Source: Octopus sinensis (taxonomy: Eukaryota). From it: a DNA stretch of 56,244 bases. The position numbers and the translations under genes are program-made. Positions 13,920 through 25,997 of the stretch are shown here, piece after piece (positions within the stretch are counted from its first letter, which is position 1; every line of letters starts with the position of its first letter). The notes below the pieces were generated by a model. It was not told the origin of the DNA. It saw nothing but the letters and a program-made list of their open reading frames with translations, and did not search any database. The stretch lies in the NCBI RefSeq assembly GCF_006345805.1, contig NW_021833727.1, positions 1-56,244 of the forward strand, read 5' to 3'.

Positions 13920-14130
13920 GCTTCTAATTTCGGAACAAGGCCAGTGATGATAAAGGGATGGAGAGTTAGATATATCGGCTCCAATCCTTAACAGGCATTT
14001 ATTATATCTGAGCAGAAATGAGGAGAGAAAATTTTTAACCTCGGCGTGGTTTGAACTTATTACGTGGAACCCAATGATGTGCAGCTAAGTATTTTGTCCA
14101 ACGTGTTACCGATTCTGCCAGCTCGTCAGC
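13920..14130 (-). mobile_element. SINE family B, degenerate
   Basis: Ends in accgattctgccagctcg, the reverse complement of the B head. Confidence 0.5.
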
Positions 14131-14679
14131 TTTATGTCTTTATTGGCTACAAGGGTGAAGAGCTAAACACAGAGAGGAGAAACAAGGACAGAGAAACTGA
14201 TTAAGTTGATTAAATCGACCCCAGGCCTTCTGCCTATATTAGGAAGGATTCTTTGTGTAGAAGAAAATTCGGTGTGCTGGCAGCATTGTAATCCTTCCGG
14301 ACAAAATGCTCAGCGGTATTTCGCCGTCAATGAATTCCAAGTTCGAATTCGCCCCGGGGTCCTGGTTTATAAAATTGGTACAGTTGAACACTGGGTCAAT
14401 GTAATCGACTCGCCCACTGCCTTTACATTTCTGGTGTTGTACTTATTGTGGAAAGTATTGTTACTAGATTGGGAGGTGCTGCCGTCTAATGCATTTATAG
14501 AAAGCAGAAAGAGAAAGGCGAGACTGTTCAGGCTGAATAAGCTTGTATAATTAGGAGGAAAGAAACTAGAAGATGGAGTTTTCCATGTCTAGTTTAGAGT
14601 AGACTCACCCGAGGTAATGTGTGGGTTTTGTCTTCAGTCACCCTAGGTCAGCAGCTTCACTACAGGGGTCCCCGATTAT

Positions 14680-15000
14680 TGTTTTATCCTTTCTCTTGTT
14701 TCAGTCATTTAGTCGAAGAAATCGACCCAGGACTAATTCTGTGTGAGCCTGCTACTTATTCTATCGGTATCTGTTGTCGAACCGTTAAGTTGCGGGGATG
14801 TAAACACACCAGCCTCCTTTGTCAAGCGATAGTGGCGGGTGGAGTGGCAAACACAGACATACACACATAAAAATATATGTATATATATATATATGCATAT
14901 ATATACGACGGGCTTCTTTCAGTTTCCGTTTACAAAATCAACTAACAAAGCTTTGGTAGGCTCGAGGCTATAATAGACGACACCTGCCCGAGCTGCCACG
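14680..15000 (-). mobile_element. SINE family A, 5'-truncated
   Basis: tcttgtttcagtcattt..tacttattctatcggt..gtaaacacaccagc..gacgggcttctttcagtttccg is the reverse complement of family A. Confidence 0.8.
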
Positions 15001-15049
15001 TAGATAGATAGATAGAAATGTAATTCCACTCATCCCCACTGCTCTCTGG

Positions 15050-15185
15050 AGAGAACTCATGTTTGCCGTCTGAGTGGACTGTGGCAACGTTCTTCAAGAA
15101 AACAACGAATCGCCCTATCCGGGAACCGAAACCACGAAGATATGAAGATAAATGCAACGCTTTAACCATTAAGCCACGCGTCTTC
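15050..15185 (-). mobile_element. SINE family D head, degenerate
   Basis: Resembles 26640-26779 (aaccattaagccacgcgtcttc). Confidence 0.5.
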
Positions 15186-15895
15186 GAACTACCAGTATAG
15201 TTATCAGTAATACTACTTCTACTACTACTTTCATCACAAGCGTTAATACCACTACTTCCACTACTACTACTACTGCTCTCATCCTAATTTTCATTTGAAT
15301 ATTAATCAACACTGATATCATCTCATTCATCTTCTCTTTATAGGAAAGTTTATTTATTTATTTCTTTTTTTTTTATTTCTGAAGATCAATACACACCGGA
15401 AACAAAGCGACCAAAAAAAAGAAAGAAAGAAAGAATGAAGAAATGAAACAAGGGAAAGAAAAAGGAAAAATTGACACACAAACAAAACAAAACTAAAAGA
15501 TAAAATAAAATAATAAATAACACAAATAAAAAGAAAAAAAATTCCATAGCCTATGGATTATGTTTAGGTCAAATATGGTGGGAAAAAAAACGGTACAAAA
15601 ATAAAGGAACGAAAAGGGAGCATATCACTATAATAAACGCCAGGGGCAGGAAGTTGTAAGGAGATTGGAGATTGGGTGGGGATAGTGGTAGGAATATCAA
15701 AATAAAAAATGCTAAAATGCAATTAGTATTCTAAAGGGGTCAACTAAATTTAAAAAAGAAATTAATATAAAAAATAAATGAATAAATAACAAAGCGCAAT
15801 AGAAAGGACCAAACTCCCTTATTCCACAGCCATTTTATTGTTGTTGCGCTTATTGTTGCTATCGCTGTTTCTGTTGTTCTTGTTGTTGTTTTTGA

Positions 15896-15952
<57 letters not shown>

Positions 15953-15972
15953 CATTATTATTATTATTATAT

Positions 15973-16383
15973 GCGCAGGAGTGGTTGTGTGATAAGTAGC
16001 TTGTTTACCAACCGCATGGTTCCGGGTTCAGTCCCACTGCGTGGCACCTTGGGCAAGTGTCTTCTACTATAGCCTCGGGCCGACCAAAGCCTTGTGAGTG
16101 GATTTGGTAGACGGAAACTGAAAGAAGCCTGTCGTATATATGTATATATATGTATATGTATGTGTGTGTTTGTGTGTCTGTGTTTGTCCCCCTAGCATTG
16201 CTTGACAACCGATGCTGGTGTGTTTACGTCCCCGTTACTTAGCGGTTCGGCAAAAGAGACCGATAGAATAAGTACTGGGCTTACAAAGAATAAGTCCCGG
16301 GGTCGATTTGCTCGACTAAAGGCGGTGCTCCAGCATGGCCGCAGTCAAATGACTGAAACAAGTAAAAGAGTAAAAGAGTAAAG

Positions 16384-16387
<4 letters not shown>
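15973..16387 (+). mobile_element. SINE family A, full length and young
   Basis: tRNA-like head (GGTTCAGTCCC), CORE-like ccttgggcaagt, internal (TA)/(TG) tract and (aaagagt)n tail; closely matches 42990-43400. Confidence 0.95.
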
Positions 16388-16424
<37 letters not shown>

Positions 16425-16442
16425 GATCATTATTATTATTAT

Positions 16443-16830
16443 TAAGGTGGCGAGCTGACAGAATTGTTAGCAAACACGCCGAGCGAAGTGCGTAGCCGTA
16501 TTTCGTCTGCCGTTACGTTCTGAGTTCAAATTCCCCCGAGGTCGACTTTGCTTTTCATCATTTCAGGGTCGATAACATTAAGTACCAGTTACGCACTAGG
16601 GTAGATATAATCGACTTAATTCGTGTGTCTGTCCTTGTTTGTCCCCTCTGTGTTTAGCTCCTTGTGGGTAGTAAAGAAATAGGTATTTCATCAGTCTTTA
16701 CATAGTGAGTTCAAACTCCGACGAGGTCAACTTTGCATTTCATCCATTCAGAGTCGATGAAATAAGTACCAGTTACACACTGGAGCCTATGTAATCGACA
16801 TAACCCATTCCCCCAAATTTGAGGTCTTGT
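16443..16830 (+). mobile_element. SINE family B plus a partial tandem second body
   Basis: Close match to 46840-47074; the gagttcaaa..aagtaccagtt segment is repeated at ~16705-16800. Confidence 0.9.
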
Positions 16831-16862
16831 GATTCATGTAGAAAATATTATTATAATTATCA

Positions 16863-16930
<68 letters not shown>

Positions 16931-16949
16931 TATTATTATTATTATTATT

Positions 16950-17344
16950 CTATGTTTGTCTTTTGCTTTATATTTGTACAAGTTGTCTCCACGTCTCACC
17001 CAGAGACCTCAAGAGACAACAGGTTGGAAGTTCACATTGTTGTTATGCCTAGTGTGCCATATAGTTGGGGTTTTTTGGTGTTGTACTAGTGAATGTTTAA
17101 TGAATAAATTTTTAAAAAAATAAATAAAATAAAAATTGTTTGTTTTAAACCTTGGGATTACATACAGAGTATTTTGCGTAGGATATGAGCAGTTCCCATG
17201 AGCACTATCCTTTGAATTTCTGCCATTTTGGGGTTTCCTGGTATCTGAGTTAGGTAGCAATCAGCCCCTTTCGCTATCATTCCCAGGGCACCTATGACAA
17301 CAGGTATTGTTTTAGTTCATTCCCAGGGCACCCATGACAACAAA

Positions 17345-17345
<1 letters not shown>
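16950..17345 (-). mobile_element. R4/Dong-type LINE extreme 3' end and UTR
   Basis: Minus translation PVVIGALGMIAKGADCYLTQIPGNPKMAEIQRIVLMGTAHILRKILCM* is homologous to the 2488-2910 C-terminus. (TTA)n on both sides. Confidence 0.75.
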
Positions 17346-17435
<90 letters not shown>

Positions 17436-17449
17436 CATTATTATTATTA

Positions 17450-17487
<38 letters not shown>

Positions 17488-17499
17488 TATATTTCAAAT

Positions 17500-17692
17500 T
17501 ATTACTTGGGGGAGGTGTCATTTTGGGAGTATGTGGGGATGAGTCGATTACAGTATCAGTGTTCAACTGATACTTATTTTTATCGATCGCGAAAGGATGA
17601 AAGGCAAAGTTGACATTCGGTGAAATTTGAACCCAAAACATAGCTATGCATTTCGTGCAGCGTGCTAACGATTCTGCCAGCTCACCGCCTTA
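17500..17692 (-). mobile_element. SINE family B
   Basis: Ends in gctaacgattctgccagctcaccgcctta, the reverse complement of the B head. Confidence 0.8.
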
Positions 17693-17826
17693 ATAATAAT
17701 GATAATAATAATAATAATAATAATAAAATAATAATAATAATAATAAAAATAAAAATAATAATAATAATAGTAATAATAATAATAATGATAATAAAAATAA
17801 TGATAATAATGAGGGTGATGATGGTG

Positions 17827-17866
<40 letters not shown>

Positions 17867-17889
17867 TAATAATTACGGTGATGATGATG

Positions 17890-17950
<61 letters not shown>

Positions 17951-17982
17951 TAATAATAATAATGATAATAATGATAATAATG

Positions 17983-18026
<44 letters not shown>

Positions 18027-19135
18027 TATTATTATTATTATTATTATTATTATTTTCATTGTTGTTTTAATTACTCTAGTTCTTAGTGATGTTGGTGTTG
18101 TGTTATTCTCTTCATACACGCTAACATCATTATTCTTATCGTTGTCATCAACATAATCATTATTTTATTATTGTAATGGTAATCCTCCTCCTCCTCCTCC
18201 TCCCCATCCTCCTTCTCCTATCTCTTCAATTCTACATTATGAATGATTTCATTGCTTACATATTATCATTATTCATATTTACCTCGCCGCCGCCGCCACC
18301 ATTACCAGCACCACCACCACCACCAACAAGAACAACAACAACAACCACAGCAACAACAACGCCACCACCACCCTACCCAAGCACAACAACCGTCCTCTTC
18401 CTCCTTGTCTTTATGATGATCATCATCATTATCACCACCACAACTAGCAGCAACAACACCAGCACCACCACCAACAACAACAACATCAGCCACAACAACA
18501 TCTATAATTACCATTATCAACGCCGCCGTGGTAATCACCACCACCTTTACCAAAACCACCATCACCATCTTCACCTCCACCACTACCCCTCCCCTGCACC
18601 AACAACAGTAATAGCAATAACAACGCCTCCTATAATCACTATTATCGTTGTCACCGTCATAATCACCACCACCTTTACCACCACCGCCACCACCACCATC
18701 ATCACCACCACTACCAACAACAACAACACCAACACTACTATCACCGTAACCAGCAGCACCTCCACCACCATAGCCATCACCAGCACCAGCACCACCATCA
18801 TCGGCAATGTCATAATCGCTGCCGTCGCTATGGCCAGCGCCAGCGCCTGCGCCAGCGTAGTCGGTATTCGCCAGCTACGACCTCGTCTGTTTTGGCAAGG
18901 TTATCATCATCATCATCATCATCCTCATCATCATGGTCACGCTGATCGATCGATATCAAATCAATATCGCCGCTGTTTTGACTGTCCATTTTACTCGAGT
19001 GTCATCGTTACCCATTTTATCACTGCCTATCAGCAGCAGGAATATAGCAATGCAAAAACAACCAAAGCCACTTCTTCTCCTTATCACCCCTCCTCATCCT
19101 TCTCCTCATCCTCTGATTATTATTTTTATTATTAA
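17693..19135. repeat. Long (AAT)n/(ATT)n tract followed by a mosaic of CCT/CCA/ACA/CAT triplet repeats
   Basis: Seen directly; explains ORFs 17662..18156 and 18176..19135. Confidence 0.9.
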
Positions 19136-19659
19136 TATTTTATTACCATTATACTGATTATTATAATATATTAGTGGTTTGTTGTTAATGTTCATTTTAA
19201 TAGCGTCATATTAAAAGCCATTTAAGCTAATCTGATTTCGAGCGAACTTTTGACACAGCCGATGTTTCAGTCCTAATCTATTGAAATTAAGGCCTATTTT
19301 CGTGTGATTAACTTCACAAAGTTTCGCCTCGACCCATGCAGACGTTTTAGCGATTCCATTTAAAATGTCGAAACACGTTAGTATGCAAAGGATTGTCATT
19401 GTCAACGCCATTATCGTTTTAAATTTCATTACTATCTTTTCTAATAATAATTATCGATGCATCGCCACTCGCTTATATCTGCTTCATTCCGCCAAGTCAA
19501 TTGGCTGCCTCATCATCATCACCATCATCATCATCATTATCATCATCGTCATCGTCGTCGTCGCCGTCATCATCATCATCTTCATCAACAGCCATAGTTG
19601 TCGATGAGGAGTAGATAAGCTTGGATGAATATATCTCTTCCAGTATTTATTTAACACAG

Positions 19660-19785
19660 GAAACGAAAGCAGCGCTTGTTTACAACCTAGTATTGTTCTA
19701 CTGTAGACAACATCGCCTAGGAGACCCTGTAAACCTCGTCAAGGAGATCTTTTATAAGAATGCACGCATAATGGAACCGTACTGA
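19660..19785 (+). CDS. Candidate terminal coding exon of an unidentified gene (ETKAALVYNLVLFYCRQHRLGDPVNLVKEIFYKNARIMEPY*)
   Basis: Acceptor tttatttaacacag, phase 0, 41 non-repetitive codons then TGA. No upstream exon could be chained with confidence. Confidence 0.35.
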   Translation, partial: ETKAALVYNLVLFYCRQHRLGDPVNLVKEIFYKNARIMEPY

Positions 19786-20169
19786 AAGCGAACACACAAT
19801 CATATACACACTCAAACACGTGCGAGCGAACACACACAGACATACCTATATATACGCACACACTTGCTGGAAAATGAAGCAGCGTTGAATAAAATATATT
19901 CGCGTAAATACGTACACTTTTTTTCGTAACTGACGGGGTGGAATTTTACAGAAACGCATGTGTCCTAAGATCCTGTTTGCTGCTTTTGCATGGAAGATTG
20001 AGTAATTCACTCACACGTATAATATGAACGGAAGGTTCTTGCAACAGAAACAATACAGTCTCTGGTTCAAATCTGATTATATGAATTGATAGTGCTGCCG
20101 ATTGGGCGTTTTATTTTATATTTCATTTCATCTAGTTTCATTTAGAAATCTTGGTTCTACAGAAAGCTA

Positions 20170-21600
20170 TGTCGATGTGCACTTGCTTAAAAATCCCAGA
20201 TAGAAGGATGAAACTCCTACACGTAAAAGTTTCTAGGCAAGCTGTATAAGTCTTTGTTCAGAATGCTTTTTCCTCAAATCCAGTTTGACTCAATCATTCT
20301 TCAAAATTCTTCCGCCCATTGAGCTCCATTGTGCGGCCTAAATTTAATTCTTTTCGAGAAAGAGAATTAGAAAGTTGTCTTCCTGCAACTAGGAAATTTG
20401 ATAAATATAATAGAAGGGGTAAGATATTTTTGTTGAGCCTATTGGTTTCGAAACGTCAACAAAACCCATGTAAGTTTTTCTTCGGGTCTAACTGCCATTA
20501 TACAGCAATTTCTCTTGGAAAACTACTCCTGTCTTTAGGTACATAGGGTGCATATTTTTGAGACATTGCTATAAATTTGTGAATCGGCAAGTTCTTAAGA
20601 GACCCCAAATAAGAGGTGTACCAGTGCAATTCTGTCAAATATTACCAGTGTTCTCTAAAGAATAAGATAAAAGCTGATGAAATGCATGCTTGCCTTAAAT
20701 GCACGTTCTTTTGGACTTGAAGATAAACATATTCAAACGATCTACGAATATGTTAGTAATTGAGCCACGGACTAAGCTCCTATAAAGAAAGTGATTAAGA
20801 GAATATATTAATTTATATTGAATGTTTTTCCTTGACAGAAACAAAGTTGAATGAGAGACGAATAGAGGTGAAAAAGTATTAAAAAAAGAAGATAACAAAA
20901 GGGGAAAGGAATATCAAAGTTCACTTAAACTTGAGGCAGCATCTTCATAGATATGTCGATAGCAATCAACATTATAAAACAGTCAATATTAATATTAATC
21001 TGGGAAAATAATTATCCAATAAGTTCATGCACGAATTATAAATTTCCTGCAACATTCGCGTGGAGCAGCATAAAGATTTAAGTTTAAATCACACACACAT
21101 CACACACAGACACACACACACGCACAATGTAAAAGACAAACAACATCCGCAACAGTGCCTCAAAAGGAATTTCGCTCTTCCACAGCCGGCAAAAAAAGCT
21201 AAGCGCTATACGTCTAGGCTAATCTGTGGGATATCGGAATGATACCCTTAGGGAAAACAATACGTTAAACCTGCTTATTAATGCGGCTGGATTTTCAAGA
21301 AAAGGATGTATATGTCTGGTTTAGAAAGTGTAAACCACGTGTACCCGAGACTAAATTTTGCATCAATGCACCGAAGGGCATGATGCATCGGTATATGAAC
21401 TGATAATCATACTAATAGATGTCCAATTCCATTTTGAAATACGTCGTTTCCTGTAATTGGGAAATTTTGCAATGTAAATCAATATACCCATACTGAAAGC
21501 ATGAAGAATTTGAAGAGTGTATCTGGATACATAATGCGTCAGCTAAGGACGGTTTTATGTAACATGTTCAAGAGTAACAAGAGCACATATTCTCTTTATT
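20170..21600 (+). mobile_element. Heavily decayed Helitron Pif1-type helicase
   Basis: Fragments FCQILPVFSKE*DKADEMHACLK (cf. DFRQILPV..KADEVxACLK), FPV..FAM*IN and GRFYVTCSRV (cf. GQLYVACSRV) occur in the correct order. Confidence 0.6.
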
Positions 21601-21803
21601 CATATCATATATCAACAGGTAAGAAAGGGGGGAAAAAAATAGATGCATATTTTCAGAATGGCTTTTATTGAAATAAGGATGATTGAAGTAAAAATATAAA
21701 AGCATGGCAGGGTAAAATAACAGTTTCGTTCCAGCCAGAGTAGTGACGGAAGTTCCGTTAGATTACCCATCCATCCATCCATCCATTCATGTATATATAT
21801 ATA

Positions 21804-21839
<36 letters not shown>

Positions 21840-21867
21840 TGTATATATATACATATACAATATATAT

Positions 21868-21899
<32 letters not shown>

Positions 21900-22350
21900 A
21901 TATATATATACATACATACATATACATATACAAATATGCATGTATGTATGTTTGTATTAACATACACTCAATGTGATAACAAGGTTTGAGTATTGAATTT
22001 TTAGGAACATATTCAACATATGAATTGAATACGGAGACATGCATCTATGAATCATTATACGAGAATTTATGCACAACGACTTACATGTTAGCGTGCATCA
22101 TACCTGTGTTTGGGTGGAGGATTGGGATGCCTGTTAACATATAAAGAGATGTTATATATATACACACACACATATATGTATTATATATATATGTATATAT
22201 ATATATATGTAAATATATATACACATATATGTATTATATATATAGACATATATATGTATTATATATATATATATGATATATATGTATATATATGTATATG
22301 TTATATATGATAATATATGTATATATGTATATATATACATTATGCATATA

Positions 22351-22398
<48 letters not shown>

Positions 22399-22893
22399 TG
22401 CAAACGCCTCATATATTCATCGTTACTGTTCCATCTATATTATGTCATATATATATGTGTGTATATATATATATTATATATATAGTATATATATTCTCAT
22501 ACATACACACACAACACCCATATATATATATATATATATTTGTGTGTATACATACGGGTGTGTATTAATTTGATACATATTCTTTTTGTATTGATTCTAT
22601 ATTTGATGTTGCGCATGCTACACTGAATAGCCTCATTCGTGTCTCAAACTACACCCATTCCCTCTCTAATTGAGCTCCTTCATTGTGCCGCCTGAATAAA
22701 TTGAAACTCCGCAGTGCTGACATAAAAAGGTCAAAGACTGCAACCATTGTGAAGGAATTCAATAGGTATGATTGGGACGCAGGATGAAGATTCTGTGTGA
22801 GAAAAGGTCACTGCCAACTCATAGCATCAACCAAAACGTATTCTTCTGTTTTGAAATGGAATATCACATACACACTATTTCCACACAGTCGCA

Positions 22894-22934
<41 letters not shown>

Positions 22935-23293
22935 CGCACAAACACACAGGCACATATACAGAGACACATCGACAGTAACAGAAGCATACACACAACACAC
23001 ACTCACATAATATGAAATATATGCGTGTGATTGAGTTTCATTTCCGGATACACACAGCCAGACAGCCAGATACACCTACACGCACACAAACACACGCACA
23101 CACACATATATATATACACACCCACACACGTATATAATTATAAATATACATACATATTTATATACATAGACAAATATGTATATATATATATATATGCATA
23201 CGTAAATCTGTGTATGATTATGTACATATATATATAGATATATATATATATATATACATGCATACGTAGATATAAATACTGACACCTACGTAT

Positions 23294-23342
<49 letters not shown>

Positions 23343-23467
23343 CATATATATGCAGAAATATGTGTATTGTCTATTAAATATATTCTCATATATATATATA
23401 ATATATATATCAAGGGCGGTTCATCAGCATGGCCGCAGTTCTGAGCTGAAACTAGAGAAAAAAATAT

Positions 23468-23546
<79 letters not shown>

Positions 23547-23922
23547 GTAATAATACTTTATATACACTATAGTCATGTATTTATAAACATATAAACACAC
23601 ACAAACCTATATTTGTATACATCACAATGGGACAATCTAAGTTAGTGAACGTGAATGCATGTATATGCGTGTGTGTGTGTGTGTGTGTGTGTTGTCTGTC
23701 TGTGTGAGTGTGTGTGTGTGAACGTGTGCCTATATGTGTATGTATGTGAGGTATTATGTTCATTTATATGCTAATTATTATCAATTGAGAGTGAAACCCA
23801 GTCTAATATGCTATAAATAATAAGAACACGGGGAAAGTATTTCAATGTATAGCTTGAGAGAAAAGCTTGTCCTGTAGACCTATCCCGATGTTATGAATGC
23901 TTATAAACATAACAATATATAT

Positions 23923-23958
<36 letters not shown>

Positions 23959-24154
23959 CAGACACACCCAGACACAGACATACAAATACACACACACGCA
24001 CACCCACTCATATATATATATGTGTGTGTGTGTATGTGTATGCTTCCCCATACCACCCCGACGAATGTTAGAGGTCATATTTATACTTGCATATACATGC
24101 ACACACACACACATACACATTTATATATATATATATATATAATAAATATTAGGG

Positions 24155-24579
24155 AATAAATCCAAATTTACAGGGAAAAAAATCAGATTTAGGATTAAAT
24201 CCAATTTTATAGTAAAATATTATATAATATTATTAGAGACAAAACCACTATTTTGCAAAACAAACAAGGAAAGACTTAATCAATACATAAAATTTAATAA
24301 AGTCAAAAAAAAAACCGCCACTACAATTGTTTCTTGTCCTGATCGACAATCTTCAGGTGGACTTCCAATCTAAAATATCAATATTTTAAAATATAAAAAT
24401 AATAATTTTAAAATAATTAAAGTATTAATGAAAAAATATAAATATATAATCTATATATAACCTATATATAATCCATATATAATCAATATAAAACAATATA
24501 TAAACTAAAATAAACCTATCAACAATTAAATATAAAATATAAAATATGTTTGTTTTGCAAAATAGTGTTTTGTCTCTAA

Positions 24580-24590
<11 letters not shown>
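24155..24590 (-). mobile_element. Penelope-like terminal repeat remnant with a local inverted duplication
   Basis: Contains the hammerhead motif at 24318-24360. Segment ~24228-24275 recurs inverted at ~24545-24590 and directly at ~34340-34420. Confidence 0.55.
24318..24360 (-). ncRNA. Minimal type I hammerhead ribozyme motif
   Basis: Minus strand reads CCAC-CUGAAGA-UUGUC(GAUCAG)GACAA-GAA-AC(AAUU)GU-A-GUGG: stem I CCAC/GUGG, intact CUGANGA and GAAA cores, a 5-bp stem II, palindromic stem III ACAAUUGU and a GUA cleavage triplet. Confidence 0.7.
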
Positions 24591-24619
<29 letters not shown>

Positions 24620-24674
24620 GTGTGTATGTATATGTGTGTGGTGTGTACATACATATAATACACATAGATATGAG

Positions 24675-24713
<39 letters not shown>

Positions 24714-24794
24714 GTATATGGATGTATAGTGTGTGTGTGTGTGTGTGCGTGTGTGTGAGCGTGTGTGTGTGTGAGTGTGTGTGTGAGTGTGTGT

Positions 24795-25260
24795 GTTCAC
24801 TTGTTTCAATAATTTGAGTGTGGCCACGTTGGAGCATGCGTTTATTCGAATAAATCGACTCCAGGACTTATTCTTTGTAAGCTAAGTACTTATTTTCTCG
24901 GTTACTTTGCCGAACCGCTACGTTTCCGGGACGTAAACACACCGACATTTGTTGTCAAGCGATAATAGGGGGAGGACAAACGCACACACACAAACACACA
25001 CACACAACACACACACTACACACACACACACAAACACACACGCATACATATATATATATATAGAAAGAAAGAATGAAAATAGCCCGTCGTATACATATAT
25101 ACGACGGGCTTCTTTCATTTTCCGGACCCGAATGCACTCACAAGGCTTTGACCGGCCTGAGACTATTGTAGAAGACACCTGTGTAAGTTGGCATGCAGTG
25201 GGACTGAATCCAGAACCATGTGACTGGGAAATAAACTTCTTACGACGCAGCCAAGCGTGT
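24795..25260 (-). mobile_element. SINE family A, diverged, with internal (CA)n and a local inverted duplication
   Basis: Reverse complement of the family A head, core and tail segments. Confidence 0.8.
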
Positions 25261-25494
25261 GCCTATATATATATATATAAATATAAGATAAGAGAAAAAA
25301 ATCTATCAGAAAGGAACTCTATCTCTCATAAAAAATATCTTTTGATAAGCATAACAAATGCGCAACCGGTAAAAAGAACTTTCACCTAATTAAATACACT
25401 CTCCCTTACTTAAATTATTTCGTCAGCATTTTCTTCATTTCCTTTTTTTATATATCACAACTCGTGTTCCACATCTCCTTTTTAAATATATATT

Positions 25495-25530
<36 letters not shown>

Positions 25531-25552
25531 ATATATATGTGTGTGTGTGTGT

Positions 25553-25602
<50 letters not shown>

Positions 25603-25604
25603 AA

Positions 25605-25790
25605 ATGGAAAGTTTACGAAAATAACAAAAGACGAAGGCAGTTGGAGTACAAACAAACAAATGTATTAGTATAGCGCTCAGGAATACAAAGAGTATTTTA
25701 CGTTTCGAGCCTACGCTCTTCGACAGAAAAATACACAGAAAAAAACAAGGAGAGAAAAAAAATGCGTGTAGGAGCTAACGATCTATCATG
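25605..25790 (-). mobile_element. Penelope-like terminal repeat fragment with a hammerhead-like core (CUGUCGA variant)
   Basis: Minus strand GTATTTTT-CTGTCGA-A-GAGC(GTAG)GCTC-GAAAC-GTA-AAATAC at 25693-25734; homologous to 11030-11324. Confidence 0.6.
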
Positions 25791-25997
25791 GCGTGCATAC
25801 ATGTATGTATGTGTATATATGTTTATATGTATATATTTACGTATATATACACACACACACACGCACACGCGTACCTATGTATGTGTGTTGTCGAATACAA
25901 ACAATACCATCTAAGCAACAAATACACTTTCTAACATACATTATTCACCTTATATATATATCACTCAGTCCATCCTTTGATAGGTTTCATGCTATCC

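Noticed and set aside
14206-14550. 114 aa ORF
   Set aside because: Largely composed of degenerate SINE B pieces.
18176-19135. 319 aa ORF, the longest in the track
   Set aside because: A mosaic of CCT/CCA/ACA/CAT triplet repeats that cannot easily contain stops; no domain and no convincing splice context.
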